DNA of 63,982 nucleotides, counting the filler, from Gonapodya sp. JEL0774 (Eukaryota), in the NCBI GenBank assembly GCA_027604505.1. It is 10 parts of 10 records of this genome, joined end to end, with 100 filler letters (N's around TTAATTAATTAA, not from the genome) between each part and the next. Parts side by side here need not be neighbours in the genome. Positions count along the whole stretch, not along the records: positions 45,300 to 51,621 come from JADIIX010000609.1; positions 51,722 to 58,030 come from JADIIX010000610.1; 8 more parts are not named here. One strand, given 5' to 3'. The notes under the pieces are model-generated. The model did not search any database. It saw nothing but the letters and a program-made list of their open reading frames with translations, and was not told the DNA's origin. The stretch's first letter is position 1, and each line of letters opens with the position of its first letter. The translations under genes and the position numbers were made by a program. Positions 45,334 to 56,042 of the stretch are shown here, in pieces.

Positions 45334-48168
45334 TCACAACCTCACCTTTTCGACCGAACTCTTTCTCACCTCCGTAATCTTGCCCCCATCCACCCCGTCC
45401 TGTTCCCCCTCCTTCACGAACCTCCCCAAACTCGCCTCCCCATTCGCCCTACACCTCTCCCAAAACACCTCCTGCGCTCTCTCCACGTTCTCGGGTTTCC
45501 CCCTCCACACGCTCATGGCGCCCGCCTGGAGGGCCCTCCCGTAACTGAACGTGAGCCTCCACGGCGCCCCGCGGCCCCCACACAGCTGCCTGGCGGCCTT
45601 GTTGATGGCGTCAAGGTGCAGCGTGGCCGAGAGCTCGGATTGACCGCCAGAGAGGAAGGTGATGCCCGGCACGGCGGCGGGAACCGTGCGGAGGAGGACA
45701 GTGAGCGTGGCCTCGGCGATTTGGGAGGGCGTGTAGGTCGTGGGGCAGGACTGGCCGGGGCAGACCCTGCGGAGGGTGGAGTACGGATGTGGAGCGTGTG
45801 TCGGGGCGCATTCCGGGACCACGATAAACCGACGGTTGGTGCGACCAGCGCGATCGCTCACATGTTGGGTTTCAGCACCGTTCCCTCGAGGTACACGTGG
45901 TGTTCCACAAGCTTCTTGTACACTGCCGAGAGCACGCGTTCGGTGGCGTCCATGGCGGCTTTTCGGTGTGCGAGCGGGGCCCAGTGGGGAGTGTGCGGGG
46001 GGTGGATGCGACCAACGGTGGTGAACTGGTGCGCGCCAAAAGGCCAAACAACGTGGTCCACACAGATCACGACCCATTCCCAACCATCCCATCCACCACG
46101 TTATACCCTCCCTGTCCTCTCCTGTCCTCCATGCCCACACCACGGCTCAGAGTACACTGTTCACACCCTTCGCACCGCCTCCTCCTCATAAGGCCTTCAC
46201 ACGTCCCGACTCACCTTCCAGATCGTGATCCCCATCCATCAATATCTCGGGCTCAATGATGGGGACGAGGCCGTTGGCCTAGAAGGACGCGGGTGCCGGG
46301 GGGATGGGGGGGCAGTGTGTGTGGGGGGGGGGGGGGGGGGGGTGGGGGGGCGAAGACGGTGGACGCGAGATGTGTGAATACCATGGTAGGCCCCGTACCG
46401 ACACCAGATCCTTCCTATGTCCCCCCACACAGATAGATACGGTCTCGGCGTGGTATGGCGTCACTGCTACCGTACCGGCCACGCCAAATATGCGGTGTGA
46501 GCGGTCGTCCTCGTCCTCGTCTTCGTCCAAGGTCCGGAGCACGGAGCACGGAGCACGGACAAGCCCGTGGGACCCGATGGGATTTCGAAGGGTCTCTTGG
46601 TCGTCCCTCGTCGGTGCTTTGTTCCGAGTTTCTTCCCGCCAGGCCCACGGCCCATCCTCCTACGGCCCGCCGTTCACAGTCTACCGTCCATGCACCTCCG
46701 CCCACCTGTCACCTGGCCCCACCCTCCCACCTCCCGCCTTCTCACCTCTTTCCCCATTGATCACCCTACCCCCCACCCACCCATCCCCCCTCCCCCGGCC
46801 CGCACACACCCGCAACCCACCTGACACACCGCTGCGTACCGTGCCAACACGTGCGCGTTCTCGTCCACGGCCAACGGGGACGGGAGGTGAAGTGAGGTGG
46901 AGATTTTGAGGACGGAACGCCTGGGAGGGGGGTGGGCGGGTGAGGGGATTGCATGCAACACGTGACGAAATGTACAGGACCCGACCATGGCAGGGTCAGG
47001 AGGGTGAACGCCGCAGCGGACACGATGAGAAACAGAAACGTGAAATCCGAAACCCGAAACACGAAAAAGGGCAAGACGGTAGGGGGTAGGGCAATATAAA
47101 ACTTCCGTTCCGAGTACACCTGGGTCAGTCGTCGCATATATCCAGCAAACAATCACGAACCGCATCGACACCACCGACGGACCATTTCATCACCGCCCCG
47201 CCGCCCGGGCGCGTTGGGTCAGGTTCAAGTTCGTCATCACTGAGCTCCTTTCATATTTTTCGTCCTCTGTCCTGCTTCGTTTCCCCTCCACCGCCCACCA
47301 CCCCGTCTCCACCTCTCCACCTCCCCCACCCCCCACCGACCGGCCCCCGCACAACCCACCACTTCGCGAACCGCGCCCCGGCCGCTTTATACTTGCGACA
47401 CCGCTCCGCCAACCCGTCCAACCCTGTGGTGGTGAGTTCGTCGTGTGTCGCGGGGATTGGGACCGTGCCCTGCGCGTGTGGGTGTCGGTGTGTGGGGGTG
47501 GCGGTGGTAAAGGGATCGGCTCGCATCGCAACCACACGAAACAGCGCCCAGACACACGACGACACGACAGTACCTTGTCCACCTTCACACCCACAACCAC
47601 CCCCCGGTCCTCGAGCAACTTGACGAACGGCGTCCCGTCGGCGGTTTTTTGGAAGAGGGTTTCTTCGAAGAGGATGGCGGCGGAGAGGGGGGTGGGGGCT
47701 TACGAGGTGGGTGGGTTGGGTGGGATGGGGGTTGGGTGGGTGGGGAAGGGTGAGTCAGTGGAATGGAGGGAAAGCAAGGAAAAGCGGACGAGAGTATGTA
47801 CTCACCGCGTATCGCCGTGAACAAGAGTTCCCTACCCAAACGCAATGGCGCACGTACCGATACGTATAGATCGTGTCACCCATATATTCGGTTCATTCCA
47901 ACCCCCCCTCCTCGACCCACTCCTCACCTCCACCCCCTCCTCCCCTCCTCCACGTTTGCCACTCCAACGGAGGCGAACCTCTTCCCTATGGTTCCTGTGC
48001 TCTCGTCAGCTGCGAGGATGCCCCTGCCGGGAGCGACGAGCTGGAGAGCGAGGAGGGAGAGCGGGGAGAGGAGGGCGGGGGGTGCTGGGTTGGAGGGAAA
48101 GGTGAGTGGGGGGAGAGAAGGAGGAGGGCAAGGGAGGGGCGACCTGTACCTGCGAATGATTGGGGCAT
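45334..48168 (-). CDS. Fructose-bisphosphate aldolase, class I (Schiff-base type), multi-exon; last exon possibly beyond the contig end
   Basis: [71 protein letters not shown] (catalytic Lys), [19 protein letters not shown]. Confidence 0.96.
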
Positions 48169-48736
48169 GGGGGTGTTTGGAGTGGAGTCGAGCGGGGAAA
48201 TGAATAAATGAATGAATTCAAATGGGTTTCGATGGTTTCTGAGTTTGTGGTGGCGAAAGTCGATCTGCGAGTGCGGGAACTGCAGGAATGTTGGAGTGAT
48301 TGAAATTATGTAAATCCCGATTGATAAACGGTGACGGTGTGGGTGGGTTCAAGGGGAGTCACCTCGAGTCATTCTGCTGTGCCACACTGCTGTGGGCTTG
48401 GTGGACTGTGCACACTACGGAGCTCCCCATGTCTCGTTTATTTCGGGAAAAAGTGTATGACAGAAGAGAGTGGGCTGAGATGCCCAGAATAGAAAATTCA
48501 GCCAGCGAATCTAGTAAGTGTCCAGAGCTGCCCCTCCAATACCCTCCAAAGCATCATCATTGACAAGAGGTGACATCAAGTCAAAATACATCCCCACCAA
48601 GGGCACCGTGATCCCATTCAAAAGACCTTCAAGAAATGTGACCCGAGATCACACGAGGTCATCCACACAGAGTGTTCAACCGCCCCATGGTGGCAGGGGA
48701 TACTGCAACACTGAGCTTTGGGGGCGGGGGGGGGGG

Positions 48737-48822
48737 NNNNNNNNNNNNNNNNNNNNNNNNNNNNNNNNNNNNNNNNNNNNNNNNNNNNNNNNNNNNNNNN
48801 NNNNNNNNNNNNNNNNNNNNNN
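48737..48822. other. Internal scaffold gap (86 N) after a poly-G run
   Basis: N-run without the TTAATTAATTAA linker. Confidence 0.95.
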
Positions 48823-49651
48823 TGTTAAAACGGATGGGTTCTCCACCTGGTGGAACAGGTGTGAACTGTGACCACTTCGGGAGCTGCTGGAATGGGTATG
48901 ACCACTGTTGGAGCTGCTGCGGCAGCATTGAACTCAGCAAGCACATCACAGAGTGCGCAAATTCGTGCAGGGGTGGTGTATCCAGGATGTGGGAACTTGG
49001 AGTGGGCTATACTAGTTTGAGGGAGTCCGTGACGTAGTATTGACCTGTGTGAGCGTCATGCACCTTTGCGCTGAAGTGACCGTTGGACTGATCGGGACCT
49101 CTGGAGTATCTGAATTTCAGATTGCTGTATGACATCTTCGGAAGAGGTGCCTGATGACCGGCTCAGTAATTAATACAGAGGAATATGGAAATGCTGCCGG
49201 TCCCTGACCTTCCCTGACTCTGCCAGTCCGTGGCTGCCCTTTCATTCTCCTCCACGATATGACGATATCCCCCTAGCTATCAGCCATCAGCCCACCCAAC
49301 GCCGTCCCACGTCAATAGAACTATGAACATGACGCATTATTTCCCTCTGCGCAATAGCAGAGTTTTCCTGATGACGTGAGATATGGCCATGTTCCCGGAA
49401 CAAACCGGGGCTGTGGCCTGTCAGGGGAAGCCGGAGGAACTTCTTCCGGAATCATCCCTATTTTTTTTCGCCCCACCCACATCCAGACCGGATCCACCCA
49501 CCGTATTGAATTAATCAGTCCCTGTGCCACCCCTGTGCCGCCTGCAGCCGTCGTCGTGTTCTTGACTTTGACTGGCAGGAATCGCATCCAGGCTGGGCCG
49601 TGTCTCCCACTCACCCACTCACCCACTCGACACTCAACACCCACTCAACCC

Positions 49652-51621
49652 ATGACTCCCCGTGTTCCCCCTCTCTCTGTCTCCCGCTCCCTCTCAGCCA
49701 TCGCCCATTCCTCTTCTCATCTCCCCCCTTCCCTCATCTCTTCCCCCCATTCCCATCGTCTCTCTTCTTTCTCTCCCTCCCTCCCTTCTTCCTCTCATTC
49801 TCCCTCCCCATTCTCTTTCTCCCTTTCTTCCTCTCTCTCAATCCGCCGCGCCTTCTCGTCCTCTCCCTCAAATCTCGTGAGTCCCTTGACTCAACCGACG
49901 TCCCTTCTGCGCCCTCAGTCTTCACTCTCCCCTCTCCCCTCTCCCCTCTACACCACCCAGCAATCCGCTAAATACCGCATAGAAGCAGACACTTTCGGCG
50001 AACTCCAAGTCCCTGCTGACAAGTACTGGGGTGCTCAGACTCAACGGTGCTGATCGCATCCCTGTTGATCTTCTCCGTTCCACCACTCAGCTCTTCTCCC
50101 TTCCCATTTCCCATGTCCCGTTTCCCCTTCCCCTTTCCTCACACCACCACCACCCCCAACCCCCCCATATACAGCTCCCTCCAAAACTTCGCCATCGGGG
50201 GCTCTACTGACCGTATGCCTGAACCCATCATCCGTGCCTACGGTCTGCTCAAGATGGCATGTGCCAATGTCAATATGGAGTATGGGGTTTTGGATAGGAG
50301 GATTGGTATGGCCATCGTGGATGCTGCAGAGGAGGTTAGTCTCAAGGGCCGAGCGGGGTGACCGAAGCGAACGGAGCGAGCGCCTTGCCCAAGCGTCAGC
50401 GAGGGGCACAGTCCGCCGGAGGCGATTGAACTTTGCGGTCCATATGGGCCTCATATGGACCAGTTTACCCATTTGGTTTTTCATGGCCACTGCTCAAGCT
50501 AGAGCGACGGGCAGAGTCCGCCGGAGGCGATTGATTTCATCCGTCCATACTCCCCGTAAGTCACCTGTTCACCCATTCTCACCCACCATCCTCCCCTCCC
50601 CTCCCCTCCCCTTCCCTATCCCCCACGATAGGTCCACCACGGAAAACTAGCCTCCCACTTCCCCCTCGTGGTGTTCCAGACCGGTTCGGGCACGCAGACC
50701 AACATGAACGTGAACGAAGTGGTGGCCAACAGGGCCATCGAGATGTTGGGAGGGAAATTGGGCAGTAAGAAACCCGTGCATCCCAACGATCACGTGAATA
50801 TGGGGCAGAGTTCGAATGATAGGTGGGTTCGGGTCGGAACGGGCAGAGCGGAGCGAGGCCCTCGCCCAAGCGTCGATCAACGACGGGCACAGTCCGCTGG
50901 AGGCGATTGAAGTTTTGCCATCCATGTGGGCCGGTCAGGCGGTTGTCAAATCGCGTCGATTTGGTTGGAGTGGTTGTGAGGGGTTGTGAGGGGTTGGGCG
51001 GGGGGGAGGGGATTCAGCGGTCATCGAATCGCGTCGATATGGTTTTCTCATAGTGTTCTCTCTCTCTCGGCGCCGCGCCCGGCTCCCCCCACATACCACC
51101 CATCCGTGCCTCGCTTCCCCCACTCTCCCCACCCACCCCACGCTCCGCTCCCAGCTTCCCCACCGCCATGCACATCTCCGCCGTCCTAGAAATCCACCAC
51201 CGCCTTCTCCCCGCCCTTCACCACCTGCACACGGCCCTGGCCACCAAATCCTCCCAGTTCAGTTCCATCATCAAGATTGGCCGCACCCATTTACAGGACG
51301 CCACGCCCCTCACGCTCGGACAGGAGTTTTCGGGGTACGCGCATCAGGTGGCGTGTGGGATCGAGAGGGTGGAAGGGACGTTAAAGAGGTTGTATTGGTT
51401 GGCGCAGGGGGGGACAGCGGTGGGGACGGTGGGTTGGTTGGCGGTGTGGGGGCTTGGGGCAAGGGGGTGCAGGGGTGTGACGCGTGCTGACCTGGCACCC
51501 CTTCTCCACCGCACCCGCACCCTCTTCAACCCCCCTATTCCACCACGACAGGGCCTCAACTCCTTCCGCGGCTTCTCCTCCAAAGTCGCTGCCGAAATCT
51601 CCCGTCTCACGGGTTTCCCCT
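49652..51621 (+). CDS. FUM1: Fumarate hydratase class II with Ser-rich mitochondrial presequence, 3'-partial
   Basis: [97 protein letters not shown]. Confidence 0.97.
50370..50932 (+). repeat. Three diverged copies of a ~60-80 bp element in fumarase introns
   Basis: Core GGGCA(C/G)AGTCCGC(C/T)GGAGGCGATTGA at ~50404, ~50509 and ~50885. Copies 1 and 3 also share flanking GCCCAAGCGTC and TCCAT(A/G)TGGGCC. Confidence 0.85.
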
Positions 51622-51721
51622 NNNNNNNNNNNNNNNNNNNNNNNNNNNNNNNNNNNNNNNNNNNNTTAATTAATTAANNNNNNNNNNNNNNNNNNNNNNN
51701 NNNNNNNNNNNNNNNNNNNNN

Positions 51722-51975
51722 ATGGGCACAATGCTGGCACCAGTGACTCTCCGCGTGCTTCCTTTGGATATAGTCGATGCCCGTGAATGCGATTTCGATT
51801 GATTTGCTGATTGATTGAGAGGATATCCAAGCGAATAAGGCGGTGGGACTGGTTGCAGCGGTTGTGAGGACGGGTTCCCTAGCTGAGGGGATGGAGGTCG
51901 CAACGACGGTCTCTGCCCAATCGACGATGCGCTTAAATTCGATGGGGATCTCTGGACGGGTGTTCGCGAACCCAT
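51722..51975 (-). CDS. Hypothetical protein, 5' fragment
   Basis: ATG in CCACCATGG context and an open S/P/Q-rich frame running to the contig end. Confidence 0.4.
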
Positions 51976-52074
51976 GGTGGTGTCGCAGACTGGAGGTGCT
52001 TGTCCGAGAGTGCAGGTCCAGCCAGCCGATGATCGGCGAAGTCTCCCTCGAACTCAAATCCCCCACCACCAAAA

Positions 52075-52545
52075 ATGGCGCATTCGAGTGCCAGTGCCGT
52101 GTCGACGATGCCGGCAGTCTTTGTAGACACGACCGCACTCCCTTCACAAACCTCCGATGCCTTCCAACCCGTCACTTGGAAAACTCTTTTTGGATCTCCG
52201 GGGTCGTCCACCACCGGAATCACCCAAGGAATATGCCGCATTCCTCCTCAAAAAGCTCTCAAGAGGCACCATCACGCTCATGCTGAGACGTATTACGTCC
52301 TGGAAGGCCAGGCGCTCATGGAAGCTGGTGCAGTTGCAAACCCATCGAGCGCTGCCGAGGGTGACAGTGGGGCCAAGGAAGTCACTTGGACCGCACCAAA
52401 GAGGATTAAGGCCGGGGATGCCATTTACTTGCCCGGGAACTGTCCGCACAGGACATTCAATGACAGCACGGACAGGGACCTGGTTTTCCTGTACACATTT
52501 GCTGCCGATCAATGGACGGACGTTCATTATTGTTATCTGGAGTAA
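52075..52545 (+). CDS. Intronless cupin-fold protein resembling DMSP lyases DddK/DddW
   Basis: VTWKTL..G..ITQGICRIPP..LKRHHHAHAETYYVLEG..IKAGDAIYLPGNCPH..FLYTFAADQWTDVHY contains cupin motifs 1 and 2. Confidence 0.85.
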   Translation: MAHSSASAVSTMPAVFVDTTALPSQTSDAFQPVTWKTLFGSPGSSTTGITQGICRIPPQKALKRHHHAHAETYYVLEGQALMEAGAVANPSSAAEGDSGAKEVTWTAPKRIKAGDAIYLPGNCPHRTFNDSTDRDLVFLYTFAADQWTDVHYCYLE

Positions 52546-53359
52546 TTCGTCGCCAATGTTCTTAGTCGGAACGTTGTTCCCAGATGCAGTCTGTGTCCAC
52601 TAGAGACCAGAATGGAGATATTGGACAGTGTCAGCTTGGTTTGCCGACTTCGTTTTGGTGTACAAGGACTTGATTCTGGTTATTCCACTTGGAACACGTC
52701 ATGAATGTACTTAGCCTCGAATAATGAAAGTGCTTTTCTGCTTAAGGACGCATTGTGAGGAGTGGCCCGGCATATCGAATGAGAAAGTTCGCCATACGCG
52801 ACTGTTTCCAACCAGCACCATTCAATCATTTGTTGAACTTCTGCGCAATCAATTTGAGTGAAACTAGTCGAAGCGTGGCAAGTTTCTCTGCCCTCGACCA
52901 TCACATTGCAGTCCATCTGCAACATTCGTCCCTGACTTCCACGCAGACAATATATCAACCGTCACCTGAACTTACGCAGTTCATCGATCACCTCACCTTC
53001 TCTATATCCTTTCTTTATTTACCACGCGTCCAGTCCACCACTACTTGTTTCCGATCTCACCGTCAGAAAGTCTTCCGTTTCATTCGCCAACTGCTCAACC
53101 CGCGTTGCTTCAGATGCGCACTTTGTCCGAGGCCCCCGATACTGGTATCAATCAAAAGTCATTGCAACCATCAAACACGGAATTATGTAATAAAGACACT
53201 TGAATAGATCTTGGAGAGCTCGAGTCCCTAATTGTTCAAGTGGAGGGGAAGTTTCAGAGTCAACCAACCCACCCATGCAGTTAGAAAATTTACTCCCTCT
53301 ACCGATGAGTCAGAATAATATCTCCGTCTTGCCCTCAGGCAGGAAGTGCTAGTGCTCGG

Positions 53360-53440
53360 CGCTTGTGCGAATGGTCGGCGAAGGAGCATCAACCCGCCCT
53401 CACATAAACAGCCAGCGAATCCGCTCCTGCAGTTCATCTC
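53360..53440 (+). promoter_or_regulatory. Conserved upstream non-coding element, copy A (copy B at ~54847-54926)
   Basis: GTGCGAATGGTCGGCGAAGG...CGCTCCTG(C/T)AGTTCATCTC lies ~150-250 bp upstream of both paralogs. Confidence 0.6.
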
Positions 53441-53613
53441 ATCTAGAACAACACTGGCGTTCGTCTTATTCCAGTTCTTGTGTCTCAATTACTCTCTGAA
53501 CAAATACGTTTACGTAAGCATCAAGTTCTGCCCCTGCTGATCCCTATGTTGTCGAGTAAGCTAATCCTTCTGTATTCCCACTATTCCTCATCTTTACACT
53601 ATTAGATCTCACC

Positions 53614-54360
53614 ATGCCCTCTACACTCATCTCCTCCCTGCCCAGTGATCACATGGCTGGCTCATTTAGCTTCTTGGACTCGAAAGGCCCGTCATCGATC
53701 ATCCCCACTCTCACCGGAATGAAGGTCCTATCTTCCTCCCCGATGATCGATCTTGTTCTCTTGCTTGCCGTCTGCGTCGTTGTGATCGCAGGATACAGCT
53801 TTATCTTCCCCGTCATCTCCGGACCGTTGGCGTCGACAGGTCGAACCGCTTCCGTCCCGACTCCTCCAGCCCCACCGAAGCCATTCCAGGCAAATTCTCC
53901 AGCCCTGTGTACTACTTCCGACCTTCTCCAAGAACTATCCGTCTTGTTCGCCTCCAAGGAGATCGGGCAGAACACTTTGGTCCTCGAATCCATCGGTACA
54001 GCAACAAAGGTACCGACAGGGAAGCAAGTCGGGTACAGGGCCCACCATTCGAGCGTTGGTACTCGGCAAGGCAAAGCTGGTGGGGGGATTGGAAGAGACG
54101 CCGTCTCAGTTGGGGTGATCCGCGTTGTGAGAAGCCGGACGACAAGCGCGACCGTGGACGCTGACGGGACAACAAGCACCAAGGAGACCGAAGAGCTGCG
54201 TCTCACGATTGGTTTGCCCATGGTCGTGGAGGTGGTAGAGTGGAGTGGTGAGCACGAGAAGGTCGTGGATGAGGTGTGTGGAGGGGAGTTTGAATGCAAC
54301 GAGGACGATCACGGGGATTGGGAGAGGGAGCTCTTTGCGGAGTTCCCATACCCATCGTAA
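53614..54360 (+). CDS. Orphan membrane-anchored protein, tandem paralog A
   Basis: 248-aa intronless ORF with a TM segment (LVLLLAVCVVVIAGYSFIF). Clearly similar to the ORF at 55071-55778. Confidence 0.75.
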   Translation: MPSTLISSLPSDHMAGSFSFLDSKGPSSIIPTLTGMKVLSSSPMIDLVLLLAVCVVVIAGYSFIFPVISGPLASTGRTASVPTPPAPPKPFQANSPALCTTSDLLQELSVLFASKEIGQNTLVLESIGTATKVPTGKQVGYRAHHSSVGTRQGKAGGGIGRDAVSVGVIRVVRSRTTSATVDADGTTSTKETEELRLTIGLPMVVEVVEWSGEHEKVVDEVCGGEFECNEDDHGDWERELFAEFPYPS

Positions 54361-55070
54361 ATTTTTGCTGAGCTTTTGAGGTCGAAGATTGGATGGGAAT
54401 GTGGCAGTCGGTTGCTAGGTTTGGAGGGATCATTTATATGTAATGAGGAACGAACGGTTGAGAGAGTACTCTAAGTTAAAACTACTTGTACCATTATTTC
54501 CACTTTGAGCATATTAAAAAGAGCTGCTACTTGTTTCCGATCCCAACATCAGATCATGGTTCGTTCAGCTTCGCTCCAACAATGTTGCTTCAGTTCGGCT
54601 GTCCGACACTCTATCTGAGAAAGCCTAGGTTACCAGCCATCGAAATTCATTATGCAGAAGAATCAAAAAGAATTTCGCGTGGAACTGGGGGAAGCTGGAA
54701 CTCCCAACGATTCATGTGGTGAAACATCACTCTACTCTTTCACAACGCTGTGTAACCATGATATCAGATCAACCCGCCCAGCCTAAATCACCACTTGTAC
54801 TCAAAAGAACAAATAATTATGACTCAAGCACCACGTGGTGCAGGGTGCTTGGTGCGAATGGTCGGCGAAGGTGAGCATAACAGGAACCCTCATGAAGACA
54901 GGGAGGTCGCTCCTGTAGTTCATCTCGAATAGATCGCTTTCATCAAACTTGTGATTCGTTGCTCTCCACTCGCTCTTTGATTGACCCTTTTACATCAATA
55001 TGGTCTCGATCATCGCTCAGCTGAGTGAGTAACCAGGTTGCATTCCGTTCCAGAGTACTCATCTCTGACC

Positions 55071-55778
55071 ATGTCGAAATCGTCCCCCGTCTCTTTAGAG
55101 CTCCAGGATCTCTTTATCGTCTTCTCACTCCTGCTTCTCAGCCTCTCGACCCTCCATCACCTTGTCATCGTTGCGATCAAGGTCCGTTCGTTCTTGGGCA
55201 GTCTCGTTGGATCCTTCCTCCCTCCGATCACCCCTCCGATTTCCGTCTCTGCCTCTTCCGCCATCGGCATACCGTCTAGTTCAAATCACTGCAACAGCTC
55301 TCTTCTCCTCGAGGAGCTCTCCCTCCTATTCGAGACAAAGGACATTGGGAGGACCTTTGAGGTTCTCGAGTCGATTGGAACGGGGACGAAGTTGCCATCA
55401 GGCAGGCCGGTAGTGTACAGGGCGGCTTATGGTGGTTCTGGCATGAGATCGGTCACCGCTGGAGCAGAACCTGGCAAGGTCGCCGTTGTGGCAGCTCATT
55501 CCACCGCCATTCGAATCCGCCACCGCACCAGAACAACGAGCACCGTGAATAGCGCCACTGGAGTCACTGTATCAGAGACCACGGACATTAAGGATATTTT
55601 CGTGAAGATGGAAGTTATTTCAGAGGGGTCCGATACCGAGATAATGGTCGACGGGATGGACGGAGCTTCAGGAAAGGAAGGTCTGCTGGCGACGCTGGTC
55701 AATGGCTGGCACTTGCCTGACCAAATGCTGGGTGAAACACGTCATCTGGCGCTCTTTGGAACGCCCTTTTCGTGGTAA
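55071..55778 (+). CDS. Orphan membrane-anchored protein, tandem paralog B
   Basis: Intronless ORF with an N-terminal hydrophobic segment. Shares LLxELSxLFxxKxIGxxxxVLESIGTxTKxPxGxxVxYRA with paralog A. Confidence 0.75.
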   Translation: MSKSSPVSLELQDLFIVFSLLLLSLSTLHHLVIVAIKVRSFLGSLVGSFLPPITPPISVSASSAIGIPSSSNHCNSSLLLEELSLLFETKDIGRTFEVLESIGTGTKLPSGRPVVYRAAYGGSGMRSVTAGAEPGKVAVVAAHSTAIRIRHRTRTTSTVNSATGVTVSETTDIKDIFVKMEVISEGSDTEIMVDGMDGASGKEGLLATLVNGWHLPDQMLGETRHLALFGTPFSW

Positions 55779-56042
55779 TTGATTGTTTGAGGGTTCGGTG
55801 CGTCGATTATTCGTGGGGTGTGGGGCACCGTTCTCAAGCTCTATGCCCACAGGGTTTTAGGAATGGAAGCATAGATCTTACGTACCTGTAGACGAATCAA
55901 AGAAACTGTTGTTAACGAGTTCAATATTTCGATGATGCCAAATCATACAAATAATTGTGTTCCAGATCCGCTGTGGCCTGTGCCCGCACATGTCTTTCTC
56001 CTTCACATCACAGAGCCTTGTCTAAACCTGTCTCCACGGGCG

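Noticed and set aside
46535..46560. GGAGCAC x3 tandem repeat and poly-G runs
   Set aside because: Simple intronic microsatellites, not a CRISPR or spacer array.
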